Shown in pieces: positions 46,658 to 56,813 of a DNA stretch of 64,000 nucleotides. How positions within the stretch are numbered: position 1 is the first letter of the stretch; every line of letters begins with the position of its first letter. A model generated the notes under the pieces. It worked only from the letters and a program-made list of their open reading frames with translations. It had not been told where the DNA came from and did not search any database. The stretch comes from an uncultured Planctomycetales bacterium. Its GTDB lineage: Bacteria; Planctomycetota; MHYJ01; JACPRB01. Location of the stretch: assembly GCA_964526305.1 (NCBI GenBank), contig CAZGKV010000002.1, positions 9,599-73,598 of the forward strand, in the 5' to 3' direction. Made by a program: the position numbers and the translations under genes.

Positions 46658-49321
46658 CTACCCACCGATTTTCAGGATCACGCCCTCGCCGGCTTCCAGA
46701 TCGAAGCGGATCTCCAGCCGACCGTCTGGAAGGGCTTGCCAAACCAACGTCGCCTGGCCGAACGCCACCATCGGTGTCGGAGCCCCTTCCATTCCGAGGG
46801 GAGCGAGGTCCACCGTCAGTCGGACCGATTGAGCGGAGGTGGTCGGGTCGTTCAGCACTCCCGTCCGATTGTTGAGGACGGCGAAGTACACCGAGGCGCC
46901 CGATCCGAAACGCTCGACACGTAACGCCTCGGATCCGGCCGCGTCACCCGAGGCGTTGACGAACTCCGCGTACGGGATTACTTGCCATCCCGCTGCGTGC
47001 ATCGCGTCCAGGACCGGGATGACCTCTCGATAGAGAGACCGATACCAATCCTGCTGCGCGCCATCCATCAGCGGCGGAGGCGGCGTGTGCGACTCGATGA
47101 TGTTGGGATACACGCCCAGCAATGCCGCGCTCTCGAAGAACCGTCGAAGCGCATCCTGATGCCCCGGAACATTCCACCATTCCCCTTTGAAGATCACGGC
47201 GAGCGGCTTGCCCGGGAGCATCATCCTTCGGAGGTTGAATTCTCGATGGTCGAAATTCACTCCCATCGCGGGACTGCTCTCCCAACCGGCCTGATCCAGC
47301 AACGGCATTCCGAAGATCGAGGGGCCACTGGCCGTAAGATTTCCGGACATCCGTTTGTCCCCGTGTCCGCTTGCGTCCAAGCGCGCCCGCAGCGCGTTCA
47401 AGAAGGAGAGATTCCCATCGGCCAGATGCGCCACCGGCTCACCGGTATCGGGATCGTACGTGAGGGGAGAATCGCCGGCCGCCTCCGACCGATCGTCCAA
47501 CACCTTGGACTCCTTCATGAATCCGTCGAAATTCGCCCCGACGATCCTCTGTTCCGGCATCGCGGCTCCGGCGTCAAAGGCGGGGAGGAATTTCTCGGTG
47601 AGCGTCGTCTCGAGATACTCGGACTGATCCGGACGGAGGTTCGTCGGAATCCGCAAGAGCCACCGGCCACCGGAGAAGGAAGGCGCGAAGTTCCGATTGA
47701 TCCGGAGATCGCCTCGGGAGTCCCGAAGCGCCTTCTGTGCCTGGATCTTCCTCAATTTTCCGAACGTGCTCGTCGGGGTGCCGGCTACGAGGGCGGCCAC
47801 CGTCGCCTCGGCTCCTTCATAGGAAGCGGGCGGAGCCGTCGCATCGCCCGCCTCCGTCTCGAGGATCCAGGGGTAGTCGTAGTTCAGGGCCTCCAGATTG
47901 TACGTCTGCAGGCGATCGAGGAGACCGGCCGAGATTGGGGGAAGCGATCCTATCCGTTCGAGCACGGTGCGCAGCCCGAAGTCCTGGATCATTCCCGCGA
48001 GGTCGGGATAGAAGGGCGGCACCCCCGGCTGGGTCGTATCGAAGAGCGCGGCATAGAAGGCACCCGTGCCGCCCGGTGCGGGCCGCCGAATCGACGAAAC
48101 GACGGGTTCGATCTCCGTCACATACCTGCGCCACAACTCTCGGTACTTCCAGGAACTCTCCGAGCGCAGCACATGGACGGAGAACGAGGCGCGATCGTGA
48201 AGGCCGGTACCGCGAAGACCGAATCGATGCACCGCCTCAAAACTTCGCAATCGGGCGTCGTATCGAAAGAGGACGATCCGGAGAGGGGAGAGGGGAATCG
48301 CCAGGCCCGTGGTGGAGCCGGAAGGACTCGTCACCGACCCAAGGGGAACGGGACTCATCGTGAGGTCCGAATACCAGTCCGCGGAGACAGGGTCGGAGTA
48401 ATACCGGGTCGCACCCGCGACGACGCTGCCCCGGGAGATGTCATAGTCCACTCGCGCGGCCTCCAGCTCGAGGGCGTAGAGAAGATCCACGGCGACGTTC
48501 TTGCCGGTGAGGTTGACGAGATCCCCGCTTACGTTGCCGCCGGTGGAGGTCGCTTCCAAGCGGAATCCGGGGATGGAACCGGAGAAGAGAAGGGATCCGT
48601 CTGGGGCACGGGACGCGCTCCCCTCGATGCGACGCGGGAGCAACGAAGCGGGCTCGGGGAAGAACCGCACGTTGTCCAGAAAAGTCTCGTGCGGCTCGGA
48701 GGTCTCGTTCGGAACGTTTCCGGCAACGGTGAAACGCACCTGCGCCGTCACGGCGCCCCCGGGGACCGTCACCTCGCTCAAGTGAGGTCGCCAAGTATGG
48801 AGCGCGTGGTGGACTCGACGGGCGATTGTCTCCGTGAATGTCCCTCCCGCGAAGCCCCACCGGATGGCGGCCTGGACCGCGATGCTGGACGACCCGGCTC
48901 CCTGCTCTTCGGTTCCCACTCCGCCCCATCCCTCATCGAGCATGCCGAAGTCCGTTCTCGCCTCGAACGACAAGTAGTACCGCTCCACTTCGCTCGATAG
49001 AGAGAGGGACGGAGAGACGACCGTCATCCGGTCGTTTCCCGTGACGGTGGTGACGCGAAGGGCATAGCCCGTGCCGTCGGGGACTCGATCTGCGACCGGG
49101 GCGCCTCCGGGGCCTGCGAGGAACTGCCAATCGGTCGGGATGCCCCCGCTGTCGGATTCGAATCCGCCGTTGGAGAGAAGAGTGTGCGCGGGATCGTACA
49201 GGGCTCCCCGATCGATCAGCCAGAATACGCCGGGGAACTGGACCGGGCTTTCTTGGGTTCCGCCGCTTCCGCCCCCGCCGCACGAGGCGAGGAGGAGGAA
49301 GGCCATCCGGAGATTTCTCAT
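46658..49321 (-). CDS. large secreted lipoprotein, hypothetical (possible N-terminal carbohydrate-binding-like domain)
   Basis: Lipobox AFLLLASCGGG. 887 aa with coding-like composition throughout. No catalytic motif recognised. Confidence 0.65.
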   Translation of the reverse strand: MRNLRMAFLLLASCGGGGSGGTQESPVQFPGVFWLIDRGALYDPAHTLLSNGGFESDSGGIPTDWQFLAGPGGAPVADRVPDGTGYALRVTTVTGNDRMTVVSPSLSLSSEVERYYLSFEARTDFGMLDEGWGGVGTEEQGAGSSSIAVQAAIRWGFAGGTFTETIARRVHHALHTWRPHLSEVTVPGGAVTAQVRFTVAGNVPNETSEPHETFLDNVRFFPEPASLLPRRIEGSASRAPDGSLLFSGSIPGFRLEATSTGGNVSGDLVNLTGKNVAVDLLYALELEAARVDYDISRGSVVAGATRYYSDPVSADWYSDLTMSPVPLGSVTSPSGSTTGLAIPLSPLRIVLFRYDARLRSFEAVHRFGLRGTGLHDRASFSVHVLRSESSWKYRELWRRYVTEIEPVVSSIRRPAPGGTGAFYAALFDTTQPGVPPFYPDLAGMIQDFGLRTVLERIGSLPPISAGLLDRLQTYNLEALNYDYPWILETEAGDATAPPASYEGAEATVAALVAGTPTSTFGKLRKIQAQKALRDSRGDLRINRNFAPSFSGGRWLLRIPTNLRPDQSEYLETTLTEKFLPAFDAGAAMPEQRIVGANFDGFMKESKVLDDRSEAAGDSPLTYDPDTGEPVAHLADGNLSFLNALRARLDASGHGDKRMSGNLTASGPSIFGMPLLDQAGWESSPAMGVNFDHREFNLRRMMLPGKPLAVIFKGEWWNVPGHQDALRRFFESAALLGVYPNIIESHTPPPPLMDGAQQDWYRSLYREVIPVLDAMHAAGWQVIPYAEFVNASGDAAGSEALRVERFGSGASVYFAVLNNRTGVLNDPTTSAQSVRLTVDLAPLGMEGAPTPMVAFGQATLVWQALPDGRLEIRFDLEAGEGVILKIGG

Positions 49322-49396
49322 GCCCTACCCGTACCGACGCGAGAAGAATCCGTTTAGGGGAAACTGCATTTTTCATGGAACTGATTCGTCGGAGAT

Positions 49397-50059
49397 GTGT
49401 TCCATGAGGGAATGGGATCGTCGGACACGAGTCTCGTGCGGGGGTTCCCGACGACGCGGTGGTCGGCCGTCTTCGCGGCGGGAGAGTCGTCCGATCGCGC
49501 GGCGCTCGACCGACTGTGCCGGACCTACTGGAAGCCGGTGTACACGTTCATCCTCTTGGTGTGGCGGGCACGGGAAGAGGATGCGCGAGACCTGGCCCAA
49601 GGTTTCTTCGTCCGATTGTTGGAACAGAACCCTTGGTCGCGCCTTCGGCCGGAGTGCGGAAGCTTTCGCCGCTACGTGAAGAGGGCCCTTCGGAACTTTC
49701 TCATTTCCGCACAGGACCGCGTCGGCGTCATCCCCCCTCCGATGGCGACGGATCCTCCCGAGAGAGCGTTCGATCGCGAGTGGTTCCGGATCCTCCTCGA
49801 CGAGGCCATGGCCGAAACGACCCAACGATTGGAACGGGAGCACAAGCCGCTCTACGCCGAGGCATTCCGGATGTACGCGATCGACTCCGAAGGCACATAC
49901 CGGGAAGTCGCGGACCGACTGGGGATTCGGGAGTCGGACGTGAGGAATCATCTCACCCACGTACGCCGTCTCCTGCGGGAAGCTCTTCGCCGGAAGATCC
50001 GAGCCTATGTCGCAAGCGATGGGGAAGTCGAGGAGGAACTCAAGGAGGCGATGGCGTGA
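49397..50059 (+). CDS. ECF-type RNA polymerase sigma factor (TIGR02999/Sig70_X6-like)
   Basis: RWSAVFAAGESSDRAALDRLCRTYWKPVYTFI...DLAQGFFVRL (region 2-like) and C-terminal YREVADRLGIRESDVRNHLTHVRRLLREAL (region 4 HTH). Stop overlaps the kinase start. Confidence 0.8.
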   Translation: MFHEGMGSSDTSLVRGFPTTRWSAVFAAGESSDRAALDRLCRTYWKPVYTFILLVWRAREEDARDLAQGFFVRLLEQNPWSRLRPECGSFRRYVKRALRNFLISAQDRVGVIPPPMATDPPERAFDREWFRILLDEAMAETTQRLEREHKPLYAEAFRMYAIDSEGTYREVADRLGIRESDVRNHLTHVRRLLREALRRKIRAYVASDGEVEEELKEAMA

Positions 50060-51240
50060 ACGATCTCGCTTTCCCGGTCTGGAGCTTCTTGGCGGAATCT
50101 CCCACGATCTCCCGCTACGAGATCGAAGGGCCTCTGGGGGAAGGGGGAATGGCCGTCGTCTACCGCGCGTGGGATTCCGAGCTCCGCCGTCCCGTCGCCC
50201 TCAAGATTCTCAAGGACGATCGGAGCGCTCATGAGGAGGTGCGATGCCGCTTTCGGCGCGAGGCGCAGGCGGCCGCAACGCTGTCCCATCGGAACGTCGT
50301 CGCCGTCCATGATGCGGGCGAAGAGGCAGGCCGGATGTACCTCGTACTGGAACTCGTCGAGGGTTCCTCCCTCGCCGCACTCATGGTCGAGCATCGGAGG
50401 GATCTCCCGCAAATGCTTGCCTGGCTCGAACAGGCGGCGCGGGGAGTCGGGGAAGCGCACGCCCGGGGAATCGTCCATCGAGATGTGAAGCCGGCCAACA
50501 TTTTGGTGCCCCCCACCGGACAGGCAAAGGTGGGGGACTTCGGACTGGCCCACCGGATGGAATCCCCGACGGCACTCACCCGGACCGGAATGGCGATGGG
50601 GACGCCGGCGTACATGGCTCCGGAGCAAGTGCGCGGGTGTACCGGCGCGATCGGTCCACACACGGACGTCTACGCCCTGGGGGCGATCCTGTACGAGATG
50701 CTGACGGATCATCCCCCTCACGCGGGCCCGACGATCGCCGAGATCCTTTCGAAGACCCTGAACGAAGATCCGGCCCCTCCTCGGAAGGCGAATCCGGCGG
50801 TTTCCCGCGATTTGGAAAACGTCTGTCTGAAGGCCCTCGAGAAGGATCCCTCCCGACGCTATCGGACCGCGACCGAATTCGCGGAAGAGTTGAAGCGGTG
50901 TCGGATCGGGGAACCGGCTCTGGCGCGGCCCCCAGGCCGGTTCCGGCGCGGACTCCGATGGCTCAATCGCCACCGCTTCGGGACAGCTCTTCTCCTGGCC
51001 CCCATCCTGGCTTCGGCGATGGTCTGCGCCTTATGGACCTACCGAACGGAACGTCTGAAGCGACGCATCGAGACGCTCGTGCAACGGGCCGGAGAATCGG
51101 AACGAGCCGGACGCTTCGGAGAAGCCCGAGACTTGTACTCCCAGGTCCGCGCGCTCGCCGCGGATCATCCGGCGGTCGGAGAAGGGTATGCCAGGGCGGA
51201 GGCCGCGGAGCGTCGGCGGATTTCCGCTGGACCGAGATAG
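50056..51240 (+). CDS. Ser/Thr protein kinase with C-terminal TM segment
   Basis: GTG 50056 overlaps the sigma-factor stop (GTGA). GEGGMAVVYRA, VALK, HRDVKPANILV, DFG, APE kinase motifs. TM ALLLAPILASAMVCALW. Confidence 0.85.
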   Translation: MNDLAFPVWSFLAESPTISRYEIEGPLGEGGMAVVYRAWDSELRRPVALKILKDDRSAHEEVRCRFRREAQAAATLSHRNVVAVHDAGEEAGRMYLVLELVEGSSLAALMVEHRRDLPQMLAWLEQAARGVGEAHARGIVHRDVKPANILVPPTGQAKVGDFGLAHRMESPTALTRTGMAMGTPAYMAPEQVRGCTGAIGPHTDVYALGAILYEMLTDHPPHAGPTIAEILSKTLNEDPAPPRKANPAVSRDLENVCLKALEKDPSRRYRTATEFAEELKRCRIGEPALARPPGRFRRGLRWLNRHRFGTALLLAPILASAMVCALWTYRTERLKRRIETLVQRAGESERAGRFGEARDLYSQVRALAADHPAVGEGYARAEAAERRRISAGPR

Positions 51241-51257
51241 GGCGGCCGCGCAGGCCA

Positions 51258-52700
51258 CTACTTGTCGCGTTCCAAGGTCTCCGGATTCGGGAGCGGGACG
51301 TTCTTCACCGGCCCGAAGTCGGACAACGTCGCAGAGTGCTTGCCGTCGCCCTTGACCATGACGCCGATGTTGCCCACGCAGACGACGACGAGCTTGTCGG
51401 GCTTCATGTGCTGTTTGGCGACGCGGAGAACGTCCTCCGGCCGGACCGCCGCGATCTTTTCGCGATAGGTTTGGTAGTAGTCCTTCGGGTAGCCGTTCAA
51501 CTCCGCGGCCGCGAAGGTCTGAACCGTCTTCGACTTCGAAGCGAAGAAAAACGCGGGGAAGCCGTCGATGAAGTACTTCTTCGCCTCCTCGACGACTTTC
51601 GCGTCGGGAGCCTTTTCTTGCATCTTGCGGAGCTCCTCGAGGCACAGCTGCATCGCGTAGGCGCAGGACTCGTTCTTGCTTTGAAACTTGATTCGGAACG
51701 TGCCCGTATATCGAATCCCGGGTTGGAACTCCGACCGGACGTCGTAGGCGAGGCCCTCGTCGGTGCGCACGCGTTGCATCAGCCTCGAGCTGAAGCCACC
51801 CCCTCCGTAGATGTAGTTCATGATCCGGATGGCGTGAAGATCGGGATTGTCGAGGCGGATTCCGAGATGGGCCATCGTCACCCGTCCCTGCGTCACGTTC
51901 TTGTCGTCTTTGTTGAAGCAAAAGACTCCCGGAGCCGGATCGTGCGCCGCGATGCCGTTTCTCTCGTTCGCACCCTGGAACCATCCGTCGAAGGCGGCGA
52001 GCTTCTTGAGCAACGCCTCCCGGGAGAATCCTCCGGCCGCGGCGATGAGAAGCGAACTCTGCTCCAGAACGTCACGGTGAAATCGAAGTAGGTCCTCGCG
52101 GGTAATGGACTCGATGGACTGGAGCGTGGCATGGACGTTCATCGGGTGCCGCGGACCGTAGAGGAGCAAACCGGCCTCGCGCGCCTCGATCGACGCGGTC
52201 GAGTCGTTCCGCGCCTTGATTCGGTCGAGCAATTGCGCCTTCGCCAAGTCCAGCTTCTCTTGGCGGAATTCGGGGTTCTTGAGAACGTCCTCGAGGATCT
52301 CGAGTCCGCGATCCAGGTCCTTGGCCAAGAGCGATAGCGTCGCGGAGCTGTCGAGTTCGTCGGGCGAGAATCCCAGGGACGCCGCCAGGAAGTCCAGCTC
52401 CTCGTCGAGCTGTTGCGGCTTCAGGCTTTTCGTCCCGCCGGTTCGAAGCACCTCCGCCCAGAGCTGCGCGAGGCCGGCCTTTCCGGTCGGCTCGTCGAAC
52501 GATCCCCGGCGGAAGTGGAACTGAAGGTGGACGAGGGGCAAGCCCGGATCCTCGAGGGCATAGACGGTCGTTCCTCCCTTGAGGGTGCTCCGCATCGCCG
52601 CCGGGTCCGGTACGGAGAACTGAAGGGCCGGATACCGGAGTTTGTCGGGATGGTCCGGAAGATCCTGCGAGGCGAGGAAAAGGAGGAGCAGTGGCGTCAT
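51258..52700 (-). CDS. M16 family peptidase (non-catalytic/second subunit type), secreted
   Basis: Signal peptide MTPLLLLFLASQ. M16 fold pattern without HxxEH. 4-nt overlap with the upstream catalytic paralog. Confidence 0.75.
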   Translation of the reverse strand: MTPLLLLFLASQDLPDHPDKLRYPALQFSVPDPAAMRSTLKGGTTVYALEDPGLPLVHLQFHFRRGSFDEPTGKAGLAQLWAEVLRTGGTKSLKPQQLDEELDFLAASLGFSPDELDSSATLSLLAKDLDRGLEILEDVLKNPEFRQEKLDLAKAQLLDRIKARNDSTASIEAREAGLLLYGPRHPMNVHATLQSIESITREDLLRFHRDVLEQSSLLIAAAGGFSREALLKKLAAFDGWFQGANERNGIAAHDPAPGVFCFNKDDKNVTQGRVTMAHLGIRLDNPDLHAIRIMNYIYGGGGFSSRLMQRVRTDEGLAYDVRSEFQPGIRYTGTFRIKFQSKNESCAYAMQLCLEELRKMQEKAPDAKVVEEAKKYFIDGFPAFFFASKSKTVQTFAAAELNGYPKDYYQTYREKIAAVRPEDVLRVAKQHMKPDKLVVVCVGNIGVMVKGDGKHSATLSDFGPVKNVPLPNPETLERDK

Positions 52701-54196
52701 GGGTTCTTCTCCTTGCGCTTGACGATGAGGACGTTCCGGCCCTGGGGCGTCAGATACTTCACGGCCGCTTCGCGCACCTGACTCGCCGTCACCGCCATGA
52801 CGCGCTTGAGGTAGTCGAAGGCTTCGTGCCAGTCGGCGTTGATTTCGGCGTATCCGAGCGCGTCGCCGATTCCTTTGTTCGACTGAAGCTGGCGGGCCGT
52901 GGTCGCCAGCGATTGGTTCTTCACTTTCTGCAGTTCACGCTCGGTCACTCCGTCCTTTTTCAGCCCCTCGACGATCTCCTCGATTCCCCTCTCCAGGTCG
53001 GAGAAGGAGACTCCCTCCTTGGGGCGCGCGTCGACATCCGCCATTCCGCCGTACCGCAGCGCCCAATACGAGGATCCCGCGGCGAGAGCGAGGTTTTTCT
53101 CCTCGACGAGAATGCGATGGAGGCGGCCGGAGGGACCGTCGAGGATCATCATCGCGAGGTCCAGCGCGGCGGTATCGCTGTGGGCGGCGCCGGGCGCGTG
53201 CCATCGAACGGTCAAGGAGGGCTGCGATTTCGCTTCGGCATGCATGCGCCGTTCCGCGACCTGCTCGGATTCTCGGGTTACGATCGCCGGCGGTTCGTCC
53301 TTGTTTCGCGGGATGCGCCCGAAATAACGCGTGGCGAGATCCCGGATCTTGGCGGGCTCCACGTCTCCGACGAAGATCGCGGTACACCGATGAGGGGAGT
53401 AGTAGATCCGGAAGTACTCCAGCGCATCGGCCAGAGTGTACATCTCGATATCGCTCATCCATCCGATGACGGGCCAACTGTATGGGTGGGACTGCCAAAA
53501 CATGGCCCGAAAGGCTTCGTGGATGAGTCCCGTGGGCGTCGAGTCGTACCGCATCCGCCGTTCTTCCTTGACGACGTCCCGCTCCGGATAGAACTCGCGG
53601 AAGACGGGTCGGAGGAAGCGGTCCGATTCCAACCAGAAAAAGAGTTCGACCTTGTTCGAAGGAAGCTCGATGAAGTAGCGGGTCCAATCGTAGTAGGTCG
53701 AGGCGTTGAGGCCGGTCCCACCGGCTCCCATGTAGAGTTTCGAGATGTGCTCGCTCACCGTGATCTTCTTCTGCTCGGCGATCAACTCTTCGTATCGCGC
53801 CGTGTGTTTCCGGAGAGCCTGGCTGAGCCTCGTCTGCTCCTCCATGTTCGGCTTCGATCCCCGGCGTTCGAATTCCCGGTGGAGAAGCTGGATCTCACGG
53901 ACTCGACCCATGACCTGGTCCACCTCGGCGTTGATCTCCGCATCGCGCTTCGCGTCTGTGGTGCCGATGGTGGCCGTTCCCTTGAACATCATGTGTTCGA
54001 AGAAATGCGAGAGTCCCGTGATGCCGGGACGTTCGTCGACCGATCCGACTTTCCAGTACAGGGCGCAGAAAACCCGGGGGGTGTCCCGCCGAGGAACCGC
54101 CAGAATCTTCATCCCGTTCTCGAGGCGAAACTCCTCGACAGGGAGGCGGAGCTCGGTGTCTTGCGCCGCGACGAGAACGCACAGCAGGGCGATCAT
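52697..54196 (-). CDS. M16 family Zn peptidase (catalytic subunit)
   Basis: Signal peptide MIALLCVLVAAQ. Inverted zinc motif GLSHFFEHMMFKGT (HxxEH). Downstream E residues. Confidence 0.85.
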   Translation of the reverse strand: MIALLCVLVAAQDTELRLPVEEFRLENGMKILAVPRRDTPRVFCALYWKVGSVDERPGITGLSHFFEHMMFKGTATIGTTDAKRDAEINAEVDQVMGRVREIQLLHREFERRGSKPNMEEQTRLSQALRKHTARYEELIAEQKKITVSEHISKLYMGAGGTGLNASTYYDWTRYFIELPSNKVELFFWLESDRFLRPVFREFYPERDVVKEERRMRYDSTPTGLIHEAFRAMFWQSHPYSWPVIGWMSDIEMYTLADALEYFRIYYSPHRCTAIFVGDVEPAKIRDLATRYFGRIPRNKDEPPAIVTRESEQVAERRMHAEAKSQPSLTVRWHAPGAAHSDTAALDLAMMILDGPSGRLHRILVEEKNLALAAGSSYWALRYGGMADVDARPKEGVSFSDLERGIEEIVEGLKKDGVTERELQKVKNQSLATTARQLQSNKGIGDALGYAEINADWHEAFDYLKRVMAVTASQVREAAVKYLTPQGRNVLIVKRKEKNP

Positions 54197-54300
54197 GGGA
54201 TCCCTCCTACGAATCGGCCCATTCTAGGGCGGATCGGAGGGCGGTCAATGAAATCCAAGTGCGTTTGACTTCCGCATGCCCGACCGAGTACCCTTCCCCC

Positions 54301-55710
54301 ATGAACAGATTCGCCTCCGCTCTTGCCGTTTCGCTCGTCGTGATGTGCAAACCGGCCCCGGTCCCCTCGGTGACGCCTCACGAGCCCGGGGTCCAGGACG
54401 AGAAGGACTTGCCGAACGTCGCCGGGATCGACTTCTCGAAATTCCCCAAGTGGCCGGTACTTCCCCGAAAGGGGAGGTCGGTCGTCGTGAAGCCCGGCTC
54501 CGGGCCTTCCCTTGCCGAAGCGGTCGAGAAAGCGGAAGGCGGCGATACGATCTTGCTGACGGAAGGAAAACACACGATCCCCGAGGAGATTCTGGTCGCC
54601 AAGTCGGGAATCTCGATTCGATCCGAGGCCGCGAAGGCGACGTTGGCTCCGGCCTCCGCGGAAGTGCGCCAGTGCCTCGTGTTGACCGGCGACGATCTCT
54701 GGATCGACGGGATCACGTTCGACGGTTTCGGAGGGATGCCGATTCAAGTGGGGAGACGGGACGGCTCGACGCAGAAGAATGTGGTCCTCTCGCGCGTCGT
54801 CGTCCGGGGAGGGGAGGACGGCATTCGGACGGCGCCCATCGGAGGAAAGGCCGCGAAGCCTCAGATCAGCGGGCTCCTGGTGCGCGACGTTCGTCTGGAA
54901 GGCCAGCGCTTGGCCGGGTTCAACATCGGCGAGGGTCCGGCGACGGACGTGCGACTGGAGAACGTGACGATCGAGATGAAGGGAGCCGATCCGGGGAATT
55001 CGGGAGCCGACGCCATCGCGGCGGAGAACGGCGACAACATTCTGGTCAACCGATGCACCGTCAGCGGCGCCTCCGGCGATGGGATCGACTTCAAGGCGAC
55101 TCGCGTGTGCGTCTACAACACGGTGGTCCACGATCTCGGACGCAACGGCGTGAAGTTCTGGCGCGGCGGCGATCTCGTGAATTCGCTGGTGTACAACACC
55201 GGCGCGGATGCGGCCCTCGTGTTCGAGGGAGAAGGGACGTATCGGATTCTCCATACCATCGTCGCCTTCCACGTTTCGTACTCGCTCACCTGCGGATACG
55301 GGAACAAGGAGCCCATCAAGCTGACGATCGCGAACTCGATCTTCTACAACAACGCGAGCGCCGTGTGGGTCTCGGCCACGACGGAGCTCGCCGTCCTTCA
55401 TTCCCTCTTCACGGGCTCCAAGAGCGGGTATGAACTCGCCGTCCAACAGAAGAACGGCGAAGAGCTGTATGTCACTCGAGAGGAGGGATGGGGTCCCCTG
55501 GCCAAGGATCCGAAGATTCGCGGGAATCTCCCGCTGGGGACCGATCCGAAGTTTCTGGATCCGGCCAAGGGGGATTTCGGATTCGCCTCGGGGAGTCCCG
55601 CCCTCGATGCGGGGACGGTCGAGGTGAGACCCTATCCGCCGGCGGATCGGCGGGGTTCTCGCCGAAACCTCGGGCGGGCTCCCGATCTTGGACCGGACGA
55701 GCGGAAATAA
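54301..55710 (+). CDS. secreted right-handed parallel beta-helix repeat protein (pectin-lyase fold)
   Basis: Start at ATG 54301 (MNRFASALAVSLVVMC) within track ORF 54259. Repeated N/G-rich rungs (VVRGGEDGIRTAP, VSGASGDGIDFKA, NTVVHDLGRNGVKFW, NSIFYNNASAVWV). Confidence 0.7.
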   Translation: MNRFASALAVSLVVMCKPAPVPSVTPHEPGVQDEKDLPNVAGIDFSKFPKWPVLPRKGRSVVVKPGSGPSLAEAVEKAEGGDTILLTEGKHTIPEEILVAKSGISIRSEAAKATLAPASAEVRQCLVLTGDDLWIDGITFDGFGGMPIQVGRRDGSTQKNVVLSRVVVRGGEDGIRTAPIGGKAAKPQISGLLVRDVRLEGQRLAGFNIGEGPATDVRLENVTIEMKGADPGNSGADAIAAENGDNILVNRCTVSGASGDGIDFKATRVCVYNTVVHDLGRNGVKFWRGGDLVNSLVYNTGADAALVFEGEGTYRILHTIVAFHVSYSLTCGYGNKEPIKLTIANSIFYNNASAVWVSATTELAVLHSLFTGSKSGYELAVQQKNGEELYVTREEGWGPLAKDPKIRGNLPLGTDPKFLDPAKGDFGFASGSPALDAGTVEVRPYPPADRRGSRRNLGRAPDLGPDERK

Positions 55711-55804
55711 TCCGCGACAATTCCGGTTGTCGGGCGACGTTGAATCCATAGGGCGACTGGAGGAGGACTTCCGACATTCGACATCTTTTATTGGAGGACT
55801 GGCG

Positions 55805-56344
55805 ATGAAATCGTGGATCGTTTTGGGCGCGCTCCTGCTTCTTCCAGTCGCGGCTGCCGCGCAGGAGGATCAGGACCGCAAGGTTGCAGAAATGCGCCGC
55901 TCGTTCGAGCAGCGCCGCCAGGAGATGGAGAAGAAATTCCGGGAGGAGATGGCAAAGCTCGACGCGGAGTTCAAGGCGCGCATGGAGGAACTTCGCCGCC
56001 AGCACGACAAGAGGGGAGGGGAAGAGAAGCAGCGTCGGGAACACGACAAGCGGGGCGGCGAAACGCCCGGTTGGGAGAACGCCCTCCGGCGGATCGCCAA
56101 CGCCTTGGAACAGCTCCAGCAACGAGTGGAGCGACTCGAGCACGGCCAGCGGCAGGAGAATCCTCGCGAGCGGTCCGATCCACGGGGCCAGGATCGAGGC
56201 CCGGACGGCGCCGACCGGTGCCCGTGCCAGGGCCGGTGTCAGCATTGCCATCCGCGCCGAGACGACCGGCGTCCTTCGGACGATCGCCGTCCGGAGCGCC
56301 GGCGACCCCAGGAAAACCACGACGAACGGGAAGACTATCTGTAG
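55805..56344 (+). CDS. secreted charged coiled-coil protein (Spy/CpxP-like periplasmic protein?), His/Arg/Cys-rich C-terminus
   Basis: Signal peptide MKSWIVLGALLLLPVAAAAQ. Repeated RRQHDKRGGEEKQRREHDKRGGE. C-terminal CPCQGRCQHCHPRRDDRR. Start ATG 55805 inside track ORF 55688. Confidence 0.45.
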   Translation: MKSWIVLGALLLLPVAAAAQEDQDRKVAEMRRSFEQRRQEMEKKFREEMAKLDAEFKARMEELRRQHDKRGGEEKQRREHDKRGGETPGWENALRRIANALEQLQQRVERLEHGQRQENPRERSDPRGQDRGPDGADRCPCQGRCQHCHPRRDDRRPSDDRRPERRRPQENHDEREDYL

Positions 56345-56393
56345 GCTGGAGTCGTCGGCTTTCGGCCTTCGTGACGCGAGGGCCGATCGCCGA

Positions 56394-56813
56394 CTACTCT
56401 CCGATCACCTTGACGAGGATGCGTTTGCGGCGCTGTCCGTCGAACTCGCCGTAGAAGATCTGCTCCCACGGGCCGAAATCGAGTCTTCCCTGAGTAATGG
56501 CCACGACGACCTCCCGGCCGAAGAGCTGTCGTCGAAGGTGGGCGGCCGCGTTGTCCTCGCCCGTGTCGTTGTGGCGGTACTGCCCGACCGGCTCCCAGGG
56601 TACGAGCCTCTCGAGGAACGCTTGGAAATCGTGATGGAGCCCGTGCTCGTCGTCGTTGATGAAAACACTGGCGCTGATGTGCATCGCATTGGCGAGGACG
56701 AGACCCTCACGCACTCCGCTCCGGTGGACGATTTCTTCCACCTGCGGCGTGATGTTGACAAACTCCGTGCGGTCCTTCGTCTCGAACCAGAGATAGTCCG
56801 TGAGCGATTTCAG
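56394..56813 (-). CDS. YjbQ/UPF0047 family protein (secondary thiamine-phosphate synthase-like)
   Basis: [27 protein letters not shown]...[19 protein letters not shown]...AAAHLRRQL: YjbQ family pattern. No in-frame ATG/GTG/TTG after the kbl stop. Nearest start is CTG at 56813 overlapping the kbl stop. Start uncertain. Confidence 0.6.
   Translation of the reverse strand: MKSLTDYLWFETKDRTEFVNITPQVEEIVHRSGVREGLVLANAMHISASVFINDDEHGLHHDFQAFLERLVPWEPVGQYRHNDTGEDNAAAHLRRQLFGREVVVAITQGRLDFGPWEQIFYGEFDGQRRKRILVKVIGE

Noticed and set aside
46982-49000. 672-aa plus-strand ORF
   Set aside because: Antisense to the 887-aa lipoprotein gene. Arg-rich.
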